Assembly: GCA_028826165.1 (NCBI GenBank)
Contig: JAPDFW010000044.1
Span: 656,618 to 720,617 of the forward strand
Length of the DNA: 64,000 bases
Direction of reading: 5' to 3'
DNA from: Anaeramoeba ignava BMAN
Taxonomy: Eukaryota; Protista; Anaeramoebae
The translations under genes were made by a program, and so were the position numbers. The notes beneath the pieces were generated by a model, which saw nothing but the letters and a program-made list of their open reading frames with translations, ran no database searches and had not been told where the DNA came from. Below are positions 40,601 to 52,300 of this stretch, in pieces; within the stretch, counting starts at the first letter, position 1, and the number at the start of each line of letters is the position of its first letter.

Positions 40601-40913
40601 ATGGATTAAAGATTGGAATGCATTTATTTTTTCATTAAGAAATGATAAAGGAGATCGAAAATCAGATAAATTTTCCGTTCAAAAAGGAAAAGAGGAATAT
40701 GCTGTTAAGTATCATCAGAATTTTGGTCCTGAATTCGGAAATTATCCAGCAGATTTTTATGTGCATGGAAATCTAAAAACTGGTAAGTCAGATTTTGGTG
40801 ATAGTTATAATCTACCTAATGGAATTACTTACCAATCAAATGAAGCTAGAAGTTATTTAGCTGGTTCTTATAATTCATGGGTTGTTGATGAACTTGAAAC
40901 TTATTTCATTTAA
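37679..40913 (+). CDS. Multidomain protein: MLKL-like four-helix bundle, calcineurin-B-like EF hands, U-box, TPR, coiled coil, TLDc; 4 exons
   Basis: Exons 37679-37814, 37896-38355, 38425-38532, 38618-40913 splice in frame; EF loop DLDHNQFLDKEE; U-box ILQDPVLVNGRIYERKYIEK..P..LKSEIEKW; TPRs WYFKKANCYFMKKNYSKAIEYLNKVLEMNPDY; TLDc RDGF..CDNKGKTLVIIKTKDNFIFGGFT. The 4HB call is the least certain. Confidence 0.75.
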
Positions 40914-41379
40914 AAATTAATTAATAATAAGAAAATCAAACTTTTTTTTTTAATTTTTTTTTTCAAAATTTAATTCAATTTTAATTTACTTTTAATCAAA
41001 TTAATTTCTTTAAAACAATAAATGAGAAACAAATTTAATTTTAAATAATTTAATTTTAATTTAAAATATTTATTAAAAATTTAATTAATAAAAAATAATC
41101 CAAAAAAAAAAAATAATAAATTTTAAAAATTGAATATTTTTATTATAATAAATAAAAATAAAAATTGAAAATAGAAATTAATAATAATTAAATTTAAATT
41201 CATTAATTAAAATATTAAAATAAAAAAAATCAAATAAAATTTATTATTAATTAATATTTAAATATTAATAAATTATAATCAAAAATCAAAAATAGAATAA
41301 TTAGTAAATTATTTTTTTAGAAAGTTTATCTTATTCAATCATGTTAAATTCAATTTATTTAAAATTTTTAATTTTTAAT

Positions 41380-42016
41380 TTTATTTTTAATATATTTTAT
41401 TATAATTAAAATTGGAATAATAAATAATCAAAAATATTAATATAATAAATAAAAATATTATTTAAAGATTAAATTAAAATAAATTTAAATTAAATTATTA
41501 TTAAATATTATTAAAATTAAATATTTATCTTTATTAAAATATTTATTCCACTTTTTTTAATATATTTTATTATAATTAAAATTGGAATAATAAATAATCA
41601 AAAATATTAATATAATAAATAAAAATATTATATCAAATTAAATTAAAATAAATTTAAATTAATTTATTATTAAATTATTATTAAAATTAAATATTTATAT
41701 TTATTAAAATATTTCAATTTTCTTCTCAATTTTATTAAATTATTGGGAATAATTTTATATTAATTTAAATAAAGAAATATTAATAAAATATATAAAATAT
41801 AATTAATTTTAAATTTAATTATTTAATATTCTTTATTCCATTTTTGAAATAAATTAATTAAAAATATTTTATTTATTTTATTAAATTATTGAGAATAATT
41901 TTATATTATTTTAAATAAATAAATATTAATAAAATATATAAAATATAATTAATTTCAAATTTAATTATTTAATATTCTTTATTCCATTTTTGAAATAAAT
42001 TAATTAAAAATATTTT
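41380..42016. repeat. Two pairs of duplicated AT-rich blocks (~160-170-bp spacing)
   Basis: TATATTTTATTATAATTAAAATTGGAATAATAAATAATC at 41391 and 41561; ATTCTTTATTCCATTTTTGAAATAAATTAATT at ~41828 and ~41974. Confidence 0.8.
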
Positions 42017-42308
42017 ATAATTGAAAGAAAAGAAAAGAAATATAAATTTCCCAAATTAATATTAATAATGAGAAGTGAATTATATCGAGGAATGTTTTTA
42101 TCTGTAAAAAATGATACTTCTAATAAGTGAATTAAGTAATAAATCATTTCAAATATTTGAATATTGGATTTATTCAAATCAAATTAAAGATGATATCCAA
42201 ATTACACAAGAAATAATTAATGAAATTAAAATTGGAATTGATTATTTTCAATTAAATCAAACAAATCCAAATTTATTTGATTTATTAATTAATAAATTTA
42301 ATAATTAA
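42011..42308 (+). pseudogene. 5'-truncated, frameshifted relic of the last BTB domain of an RCC1-BTB gene
   Basis: Near-identical to ~35950-36245 (KYKFPKLILIMRSELYRGMF..) with a ~13-nt deletion removing the VTDY codons. Confidence 0.85.
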
Positions 42309-42389
42309 AATTAAAATCAAAATTAAAATCAAAATCAAAATTAAAATTCAAAATTAAAATTTATTTTTTCATTTTTTTCTTTTTCAAAA

Positions 42390-44417
42390 ATGAATGCTTG
42401 TTTATTTTTTGGTAGAAATGAAAAGCCAAAACTTTTAAAAAATAAACCAAATAAAATAACAAAACCAATTCAATTTAAATTTGAAAATGAAAATGAAAAT
42501 GAAAATAAAAAACAAATTAAACAAATTTCATCAGGAAATTTTTCAACAATTTTCCTTTTTAAAAATGGAAAAGCAATAGAATATTTAAATGAAAATAATC
42601 CAAAACAAAATCTCCAAAAAATTCAAATTGAAGAAAATATTCAAAAAGTAACTGTTGGCTCTCGAAATGAAGCTATTTTAACAATAGAAAGAAATGTATT
42701 TGCCAAAGGAAAAGATGTTAATTCAGAAAATCCAAATGAATTTATCAATATTTCATCATTAATTGAAGATAAAAATGATAGAATAGTTCAAGATATTGTT
42801 TCTGGATCTCGTTCAATTTACTTATTAACTTCAAATCAAAATGTTTATGGAATTGGTTCAAATTCTTTTGCTCAACTTGGTTTTGATTCTGAAACACTTG
42901 AAAAAACAGAAAAACCAATCTTAATGATGAAAAATGTTTCTAAAATATTTTCAGGAAATTCTTCAAATTTTGTTTTTCTTTTAAATTCAAATCAAGAATT
43001 ATTTGGATGCGGATATAATTATTTTGGCCAATTTGGATTAGGAGAATCAATAGAAGAAACAATCCAAAAATTAACCAAAATCCAAAATATTCCAAAAGGC
43101 AAAATAATTGATATTCAATGTGGAAATGCTCATTCAATAATGTTGATTGAAGATGAAAATCCAAAAAGAAAACTTTATTCATGTGGATATTATGAATATA
43201 ATGGACTTGGCAAAAATGAAGATACTTATGAATTTACTGAAATCAAATCATCTTTATTTGAAGACGATGATTATATTATTGATTTTTCTGTTGGTGATTC
43301 TCATACTTTGATTTTAACATCAAAAGAGAAAATGATAGTATTTGGAAGTAATAAATATGGTCAATTAGGAACTGGAGATATAAAAGATCAATTAATTCCA
43401 ATTCAAATTGAACTTCCTAAATTAAGATTTAATGAATATATTTCTAATTATCATGTCTCTTGTGGATTTAACAAATCATTTATTTATTATTCTCCTCCTT
43501 CTTTTTCTAATCTTGAAGAAGATTTGATAAAACTATTTAGAAGAAAAGAATTTTGTGATATTTCATTTAAAACAGAAAATGGAGAAATAATTGAAGCTCA
43601 TAAATTAATATTGAAATATAGATTAAATCAAAATCAAAATCAAATTGAAAAACTTCAAGAAATTATTTCAAAAAAATCAATTAAAGAATCAAATCAAATA
43701 TTTGAAATGATTTATTCAAATAATTCCAAAATAAATCCAATATTATATTCTGAAATTAAAGAAATTATAAATTCAAATGAAAAAATTGAAGAAACAATGA
43801 AAAGAATTTATTTAAATGAAAATGAAAAATATTTTATAATTGAAAGAAAAGAAAAACAATATAAATTTCCTAAATTAATATTAATAACGAGAAGTGAATT
43901 ATATCGAGGAATGTTTTTATCTGTAACAGAAGATAAATCAAATAAAGTTACAGATTATAGTGAATTGAGTAATAAATCATTTCAAATATTTGAATATTGG
44001 ATTTATTCAAATCAAATCAAAGATGGAATTGAAATTACACAAGAAATTATTGATGAATTGGAAATTGGAATTGATTATTTTCAATTAAATCAAACAAATC
44101 CAAATTTATTTGATTTATTAATTAACAAATTTAATAATCAAAACCAAAATGAAAAATCAAAAGAGAAGGAAAAAGAACAAAAACAAATTGAAATTAAAAT
44201 TGAAAAGAAACCTATTTTAGAAGTTGAAAAACAAATTGAAATTAAAATTGAAAAGAAACCTATTTTAGAAATTGAAAAACAAATTGAAAATAAAATTGAA
44301 AAGAAACCTGTTTTAGAAATTGAAAAACAAATTGAAATTAAAATTGAAAAGAAACCTATTTTAGAAGTCGAAAAACAAATTGAAAAGAAAAAGACAGATA
44401 AATGCTTTATTTTTTAA
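42390..44417 (+). CDS. RCC1/BLIP-II + tandem BTB protein (copy 2) with 16-aa repeat tail and CaaX end
   Basis: Close paralogue of 34497-36431; tail of about four (EIEKQIEIKIEKKPIL)-type repeats; ends KKKTDKCFIF*. Confidence 0.9.
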   Translation: MNACLFFGRNEKPKLLKNKPNKITKPIQFKFENENENENKKQIKQISSGNFSTIFLFKNGKAIEYLNENNPKQNLQKIQIEENIQKVTVGSRNEAILTIERNVFAKGKDVNSENPNEFINISSLIEDKNDRIVQDIVSGSRSIYLLTSNQNVYGIGSNSFAQLGFDSETLEKTEKPILMMKNVSKIFSGNSSNFVFLLNSNQELFGCGYNYFGQFGLGESIEETIQKLTKIQNIPKGKIIDIQCGNAHSIMLIEDENPKRKLYSCGYYEYNGLGKNEDTYEFTEIKSSLFEDDDYIIDFSVGDSHTLILTSKEKMIVFGSNKYGQLGTGDIKDQLIPIQIELPKLRFNEYISNYHVSCGFNKSFIYYSPPSFSNLEEDLIKLFRRKEFCDISFKTENGEIIEAHKLILKYRLNQNQNQIEKLQEIISKKSIKESNQIFEMIYSNNSKINPILYSEIKEIINSNEKIEETMKRIYLNENEKYFIIERKEKQYKFPKLILITRSELYRGMFLSVTEDKSNKVTDYSELSNKSFQIFEYWIYSNQIKDGIEITQEIIDELEIGIDYFQLNQTNPNLFDLLINKFNNQNQNEKSKEKEKEQKQIEIKIEKKPILEVEKQIEIKIEKKPILEIEKQIENKIEKKPVLEIEKQIEIKIEKKPILEVEKQIEKKKTDKCFIF

Positions 44418-44444
44418 ATGCTTTATTTTTAAATGCTTTATTTT

Positions 44445-46960
44445 TCAAATAAATTAATTAAAAATATTTAATGATAAAATATAAATTAAATTAAATTAAA
44501 AAATATTATTTTAATAATTAAATTATTTTTAAAATTAATTTTTATATAATTTCTATAATTTAAATATAATTAAAATTATTTAAAATATAAATAATAAATT
44601 AATTAAAAATATTTAATAATAAAATAAAAATATTAAAAAATTAAAAATAATTTTAAAATTAAAATTATTTTTAATTTTTATATTTTTTATAATTTAAATT
44701 TAATTAAATTTAATTGTTAAATAATAAAATTAATTAAAAATATTCTATAATTTAAATTAAATTAAAATTAATTAAAAAATTATTTTAATAATTAAATTAT
44801 TTTTAAAAAATTATAATTTCTATAAAATATAATTAAAATTAAATTGAAAAATATTAATTTTAATAATTAAATTATTTTTAAAAATTAAATTAAAAATAAT
44901 TTTTTAATAATTAAATTATTTTTAAAATTAATTTTTATATATTTTCTATAATTTAAATTTAATTAAATTTAATTAAAATATAAATAATAAATTAATTAAA
45001 AATATTTAATAATAAAAATATAAATAAAATTAAATTAAAAATATTATTTTAATAATTAAATTATTTTTAAAATTGATTTCTATATAATTTCTATAATTTA
45101 AACTTAATTAAATTTAATTAAAATATAAATAATAATTTGATTAAAAATATTTAATAAAAAAATAAAATATAATTTAATTTTAATAATTAAATTATTTTAA
45201 AATTGAATTTTTATATATTTTTAATAATTTAAATTATTAAAAAATTAAAATTTTAAATAATAAATTTTAAAAATATTTTAATAATAAAATAACTTAAAAT
45301 TAAATTTAAAATTTAAATAATTAAAATTTTAAAATTAAATATAATTTAATAATTTAAACTTAATTAAATTTAATTAAAAATATAAAAAATAATTTGATTA
45401 AAATTTTAATAATAAAATATAATTAAAATTAAATTAAAAATATTATTTTTAATTAATTAAATTATTTTTAAAATTGATTTTTATATAATTTCTATAATTT
45501 AAATTTAATTAAAATTTTAAAAAATATAAATAATAAATTAATTAAAAATAATTTAATAATAAAATATAAATAAAATTAAATTGAAAATATTATTTTAATA
45601 ATTAAATTTTATTTTTAAAATTAATTTTTATATAATTTCTATAATTTAAATTTAATTAAATTTAATTAAAATTTAAATAATAAATTAATTAAAAATATTT
45701 AATAATAAAATATAATTAAATTTAAATTAAAAATATTATTTTAATAATTAAATTATTTTTAAAATTAATTTTTATATAATTTCTATAATTTAAATATAAT
45801 TAAATTTAATTAAAATATAAATAAATAATTAATTAAAAATATTTAATAATAAAAAATAATTAAAATTAAATTAAAAATATTATTTTAATAATTAAATTAT
45901 TTTTAAAATTAATTTTTATATATTTCTATAATTTAAACTTAATTAAATTTAATTTTTAAAATATAAATAATAAATTAATTAAAAATATTTAATAATAAAA
46001 TATAATTAAATTTAAATTAAAAATATTATTTTAATAATTAAATTATTTTAAAATTAATTTCGCTTATATAATTTCTATAATTTAAATTTAATTAAAATTA
46101 ATCAAAAAATATAAATAATAAATTAATTAAAAATATTTAATAATAAAATATAAATTCATTTTAAATTAAAAATATTATTTTAATAATTAAATTATTTTTA
46201 AAATTGATTTTATATATAATTTCTATAATTTAAATTTAATTAAATTTAATTAAAATATAAATAATAAATTAATTAAAAATATTTAATAATAAAATATAAA
46301 TCAAATCAAATTAAAAATATTATTTTAATAATTAAATTATTTTTAAAATTGATTTTTATATATTTCTATAATTTAAATTTAATTAAAATTATTTAAAATA
46401 TAAATAATAAATTAATTAAAAATATTTAATAATAAAATATAAATAAATTTAAATTAAAAATATTATTTTAATAATTAAATTATTTTTAAAATTAATTTTT
46501 ATATAATTTCTATAATTTAAACTTAATTAAATTTATTTAAATATAAATAATAAATTAATTAAAAATATTTAATAATAAAATATAAATTAAATTAAATTAA
46601 AAATATTATTTTAATAATTAAATTATTTTTAAAATTAATTTTTTATAATTTCTATAATTTTAAACTTAATTAAATTTAATTAAAATTTAAATAATAAATT
46701 AATTAAAAATATTTATAATTAAAATTAAATTAAAAAATATTATTTTAATAATTAAATTATTTTTAAAATTAATTTCTATATAATTTCTATAATTTAAATT
46801 TAATTAAATTTATTTAAAATATAAATAATAAATTAATTAAAAATATTTAATAATAAAATATAAATCAAATTAAATTAAAAAATATTATTTTAATAATTAA
46901 ATTATTTTTAAAATTAATTTTTATATAATTTCTATAATTTAAATTTAATTAAAATTATTT
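44445..46960. repeat. AT satellite B, ~143-145-bp unit, roughly 17 copies
   Basis: TTCTATAATT anchor at ~45781, 45924, 46073, 46221, 46364, 46508, 46650, 46785, 46930; more degenerate in the left half. Confidence 0.88.
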
Positions 46961-46985
46961 TCATTTTTTCATTTTTTTCTTTTTG

Positions 46986-49269
46986 ATGTTAAAACAAACA
47001 ATAAATAATTTTCCAACTAATTTAGAAACTTATCAACAAACAGGAATTCCATGGGGATCAATTTTTCAACCATTATCCAAAATAAAAAAATCGAACACTA
47101 TTGAATCAATTGATGAGATTCTTCGATGTGAAAAATGTTTTTCATTCATTTCACCATTTAATCATATTGACATAAATTCGAATTGGAGTTGCAAATTGTG
47201 TGAATATTCAAATCATTCAAAAATTCCTGAAAAATCAAGATATACATTTATTGGAGAAAACAAACCAGTGCCAAAAGAGCTTGCGGAGAAAATGGTTGAG
47301 TTTGAAATTCCACAACCAAAAAAAACCTTTTCAAAATCAAAAATATTAATTTGTTTGTTGATTGATTTAACTCTTCAAATTGAAGAAATTGAAGCAACTC
47401 AAAAAACTTTGATTGATTTAGTTCAATATTTAAATGGAAAAAGAAAAATATATGTTGGTTTATTTACTATTGATTCACGTCTTGGAGTTTACCAACTGGA
47501 TTCTGATGTGCCTTTTGTCAAATATATTTCAATTCCACAAAATTCAACCGATTCAATTCCACTTTTTTTGGAGGAAATTAGTTCGTATTCAAAAATATTT
47601 GTTGAAATATCAAAAAATAATTCAAACATTATTTCTGCAATTCAATCTCTATCTCAAAACACTTCAAAAAATGAATTTGGTTTTGGAAGTTCAGTGAAAT
47701 ATATTGTTGATTCTTTAATCCAAAAAAATAGGTTTATTTTCAGTATTTAAAATGGATTTTTTTTGATGATTTTTTTCTGAAGGAAAATTCATTTCATTTC
47801 ATTTGTTTTGTTTGTTTTATGAAAAGCTCAATTTATCTGTTTTATGGGTTCTGTTCCCAATTATGGATGTGGACAAATTGAAGAAGAGGAACAAATGAAT
47901 CCGTCAACAAATTATTATCAAAATATTGCGGATATTGCGGGACAAAACGCGATGGCTTTCCATCTTTTTCCTTTTAGATATGTTGGTCTTTCTTCTTTAA
48001 AGTTTCTTTCCAATTCAACAGGAGGAGAAATATATTTGAGCGATCCTTTGAATCAGGAAACTATTTTTAATAATTTGTAATTAAAAAATTCAGAAAAATT
48101 CAGAAAAAAATTCAAATTCAAATTCAATCAAATAAAATCAAGAAAAAATATTGTAGTTCAAGAAAAGGCTGTTTCATGTTTATTTAGAATTCGAACTTCG
48201 CCATATTTCAAAGTTTCCAAAATTTTTGGAAAATATTGCAAAGATGAAAAAACAGAAAATCTGTTCCATATTTCTCAATGTGGAAAATGTACGACAATTG
48301 GGATTGAGTATGATTTCGAAAAGTTCAACAGGATTTGAACAGTGCATTGACAAATGCGCCTATATTCAAATATCATTTGCATATACTTTTATTCCTGGAA
48401 TAGATGAAGATGAAAATGAAGATGAAAATCAAAATGGAATGATAATTTCTAATTCTTTGTTTGAAAAGAAAAAAACATTCCATAGATACATCCGTTTGTA
48501 CAATCAACAAGTTTTTTTCACTGAAATTCCTTCTAAAATTTTCCAAAAATCAAACGGAGAAAATATCATATTTTTACTTACACAAAAAATGATACAAATG
48601 TCTTTGCACAACCGATTAGAAACTGCAAGAGAAACTTTAACACAATGGTTGTGTTCATTAGTAGAGAATTATTTGTTGAGCAATGCCGAAAATAAGAGAA
48701 AAGAAATAGAAATTGAAGAAGAATTAAAAGAAGCAAGTGAGTTTATTGAAAATCCTGAACTGCATAATTTATTTTGGTGGATTCACGGGATTCTCAAAAG
48801 CGCCTTTTTTTGCGTTGGTTCGGATATTGCTCCTGATCATAGAATTGCTTATTATTCTTCTTTGCTCTCTTTACCACCTCAATTTTTGAGCAGATCTTTT
48901 TATCCCAAAATGATGATCTTAAAAAACGGAACAAAATTTTTACTCAAAAATGTTCGACTTTCCAAAAATCATCTAAAAGCTTGTGTTCAAAAATTCCCCA
49001 AATTTATTCTTGTTTTAGATCGGTTTTGGTCGTTAGTTGTTTTCAATAATTTTGAAGAAGAAATTGATTTCCAAAAAGAAATGAGAGAATTATTTTCAAA
49101 ATGGAAAAAAGAAAGAAAAAAATGTTTCTTCGCAGAAATACGTTTTTATCAGGAATTAAATTGGAAAATTATTGAAAGATATTTAATAGAAGATGAAAAT
49201 GAAAATGGAAATTCATTTGAATTTTTTAAAGAAGAAATTAAAAAGAAAATTAGAAATAAATTTAAATAA
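46986..49269 (+). CDS. Divergent Sec23/Sec24-family protein (resembles plant SEC23D type)
   Basis: GIPWGSIFQP, Zn finger RCEKC..ISPF..WSCKLC, vWA trunk (LLIDL; PNYG; LSSLKFLSNSTGG), RIRTSP, APDHRI..LPPQFLSRSFYP; two introns (~47743-47826, ~48077-48142) and one indel near 48320. Confidence 0.75.
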
Positions 49270-49315
49270 AAAAAAATTTTTTCATTTTTTTCTTTTTTCT
49301 TTAATTTTTTTTAAA

Positions 49316-52300
49316 ATGGATCTATTAATAAAATTTCAAAGTGAATCAGAAAGAGTAAAATTTGTTTCATTTCATCCAACAAGACCATTAATAATAGCAG
49401 CACTTCACGACGGAGAAATTCAACTATGGGATTATGAACTGAAGATATTACTAACCAAATTCAAGAAACACGAAGGAGCAGTTCGAGGAATAGATTTTCA
49501 TCCAACTCAACCATTATTTGTATCAGCAGGAAACGATTCACTGATTTCAATTTGGAATTACAAAGAAAGAAAGCACTTGTATTACCTAGAAGGACACACG
49601 GATTACATCAGAACGGTTCAGTTTCATAAGGAATTCCCGTGGATTTTGAGTTGTTCTGATGACCAAACAATCCGCATTTGGAACTGGCAAAATCGCACTT
49701 GCATTTCCGTTTTAACTGGTCATAATCACTTCGTCATGTATGCTGCTTTCCATCCAAATCAAGACCTGATTTTATCAGCTTCCCTCGACAATACCATCCG
49801 CATTTGGGATTTTTCGGGGTTGAGATTAAAATATTCTTCTCTTGAAAATCAAAGTGATTTTTCAATTGGTGCAAACACTTTGTCACAATTACAAAAAAAC
49901 TTATTCGGAAATTCGGAAGTGGAGCTTAAGTTTATCCTTGAGGATCACGAACAGGGCGTGAACTGGGCTTCGTTCCATCCCCGTCTGCCGCTGATTGTGT
50001 CCTGTTCCGATGATAGAACGTTGAAATTGTGGAAAATATCCGATTCACAAGTGATTTTACTTGAAACTTTAACCGGTCACAGAAACAACGTCTGTGCAGC
50101 CATTTTTCATCCGAAAGAAGACTTGATTCTTTCAGATTCTGAGGACTCAACACTCCGCATTTGGAGCTTGGATAAGAAAATCAATATCAAGACATTTTCC
50201 AAGGATGACAATTCCTTTTGGTGTCTTGCAAATCATCCGACAGAAAGTTTATTTGCTGCTGGCCATGATAAAGGCTTTATTCTATTCAAATTGAGCAAGG
50301 AAAGACCAGCGTATTTTCCTCTCGAAAGAAATATTTTGTTCGTCAAAAATAATTCTATTATGAATTACAATATAAAAGATCATTCGCAAAACATTGTTTC
50401 AAAATCATCGCAAAAAATCGATCAAAAAAATCTGTTCGGACTTCATTACAATAAATACGAGAAATTAATGCTTCTTGAGTTCAACGATAACTTCGAGCTC
50501 ATTAGACTGTCCACGAATGAGACAAACAGGAGCCACAGAGGCTCGGGCGGATCTTGTATTTGGATTTCAAGAGATAAAATTGGTGTTTTGAGCCAAGACA
50601 ACAAAATATTGCTCAAAAATTTGCAGAATCAAATCACAAAAACCATATCCTTACCCGACGATATTTCGACAAATACTCCCAAGGAAATCACCCACAATCT
50701 CGGCAAAATAACAAGGATATTTGCAGCAGGATTTGGGATGATTTTGCTTCGAACAGTGAGCAAAATATATCTTCTTGACATTCAACAAAAGAAAATATTA
50801 TCAAGCATTTCCGCCAAAAGAATCAAGCAGACAATTTGGTCTGAAGACATGAACTATTTGGCGCTCATAGGCGCATTTGAGATTATTATTTGCGATAAAA
50901 AACTGAAGCAAATTGCAACTATTGAAGAGAAAATTCGAATCAAAGGATATTGTTGGAGCAAAAGCAACGTTTTCTTCTACACAACTCTACACCATTTCAA
51001 ATACTGTCTTTCCAACGGAGACTACGGCATAATCAAATCAATCGACAAATGCATCTATTTAGTTGCTGTCGATAATAACGCCGCCTTTTATTTCGATAGA
51101 ATTGATGATGGAATCCGAATCATGTTGTTTGATTCAACTGAAGTTGCGTTGAAATCAGCAATCATAAACAACAAAATGGAAGACGTTGTTCCGTTGCTGA
51201 GGAACAAAACCATCACAAGCAGAGCGTTTATTGAGTATCTCACAAAGCACGGCCATCCTGAAATCGCCTTGCATTTTGTGCAGAATGAAAAAACAAAATT
51301 TGAACTTGCTCTCCAATGCGGAGACATCCAAAACGCTCTCGATTCTGCAAAGAAAATCGACCACAGAATCTATTGGCAAAATCTCGCAAAAGAAGCCTTG
51401 AAACAAGGCAATGTGGATATTGTTGAAAATTGCCATTTGAGAAACGAAAATATTTACGGATTGATTTTTTTGTATTCAATAACTGGAAATTTCGATAAAT
51501 TATCAAAACTCCCAAAAATTGCAGAAATGAAAGACGATTTACTTTCTCATTTCCAAGCTGCTTTATTTCTCGGAAGTCCCGAAGAAAGAATCAAAACCTT
51601 AGTCAAATCAAACCAGCTCAATTACGCGTATTTAACCGCAAAAACTTATGGATTAACAGAAGAAGCCGAGAAAATACAAGCTTTAATCGAACAGAAAAAT
51701 AAGAACGTTCCTGATCAATTTGAACCAAAATCAAAGGAGTTAATAACAACTCCAACACCAATTTTACATCAAACAAATTGGCCGTTATTAACTGTTTCTC
51801 GTGGAATCACTTATTCAACTTTTGCAAAAGATAATGTTATCGAAGATGATAAACCACAAGAGAATATCGTTATTGAGGGTGAATGGGATATTCCCGAACT
51901 CGAAGAAAGTAAAACTGAAAATCAAATACAAACAAATGAACCGCAAGAAAACGAAGAAAATGATTGGATAGATGGAAATGAAATTGATCTCTTGGAAATC
52001 ACTGAAAATATCGACAAATCAATTGATTCATCTCAAAAATCAGAAAAAGAGATATTTGTTGCTCCGATTCACGGCAAAATGAGTCATGAATCTTGGATAG
52101 GCTCTTCAAATATTCCTGCAGAATATGTTGCCGCTGGACATTTCAAAACTGCAATGGATTTGCTCAACTCACAAATTGGAATCGTGAATTTCAATCCAAT
52201 GAAAAATTTGTTTCTTTCTTTGTTTCTTTCTGCTCATGATTCCTTGCAAGCATTCCCCAATATTATTGATATTAATTATGAGAATTGCGATCAAATCACC

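Noticed and set aside
36597-46960. Satellites as CRISPR arrays or telomeric repeats
   Set aside because: No unique spacers, no cas genes, eukaryotic context; units are long, almost purely AT and internal
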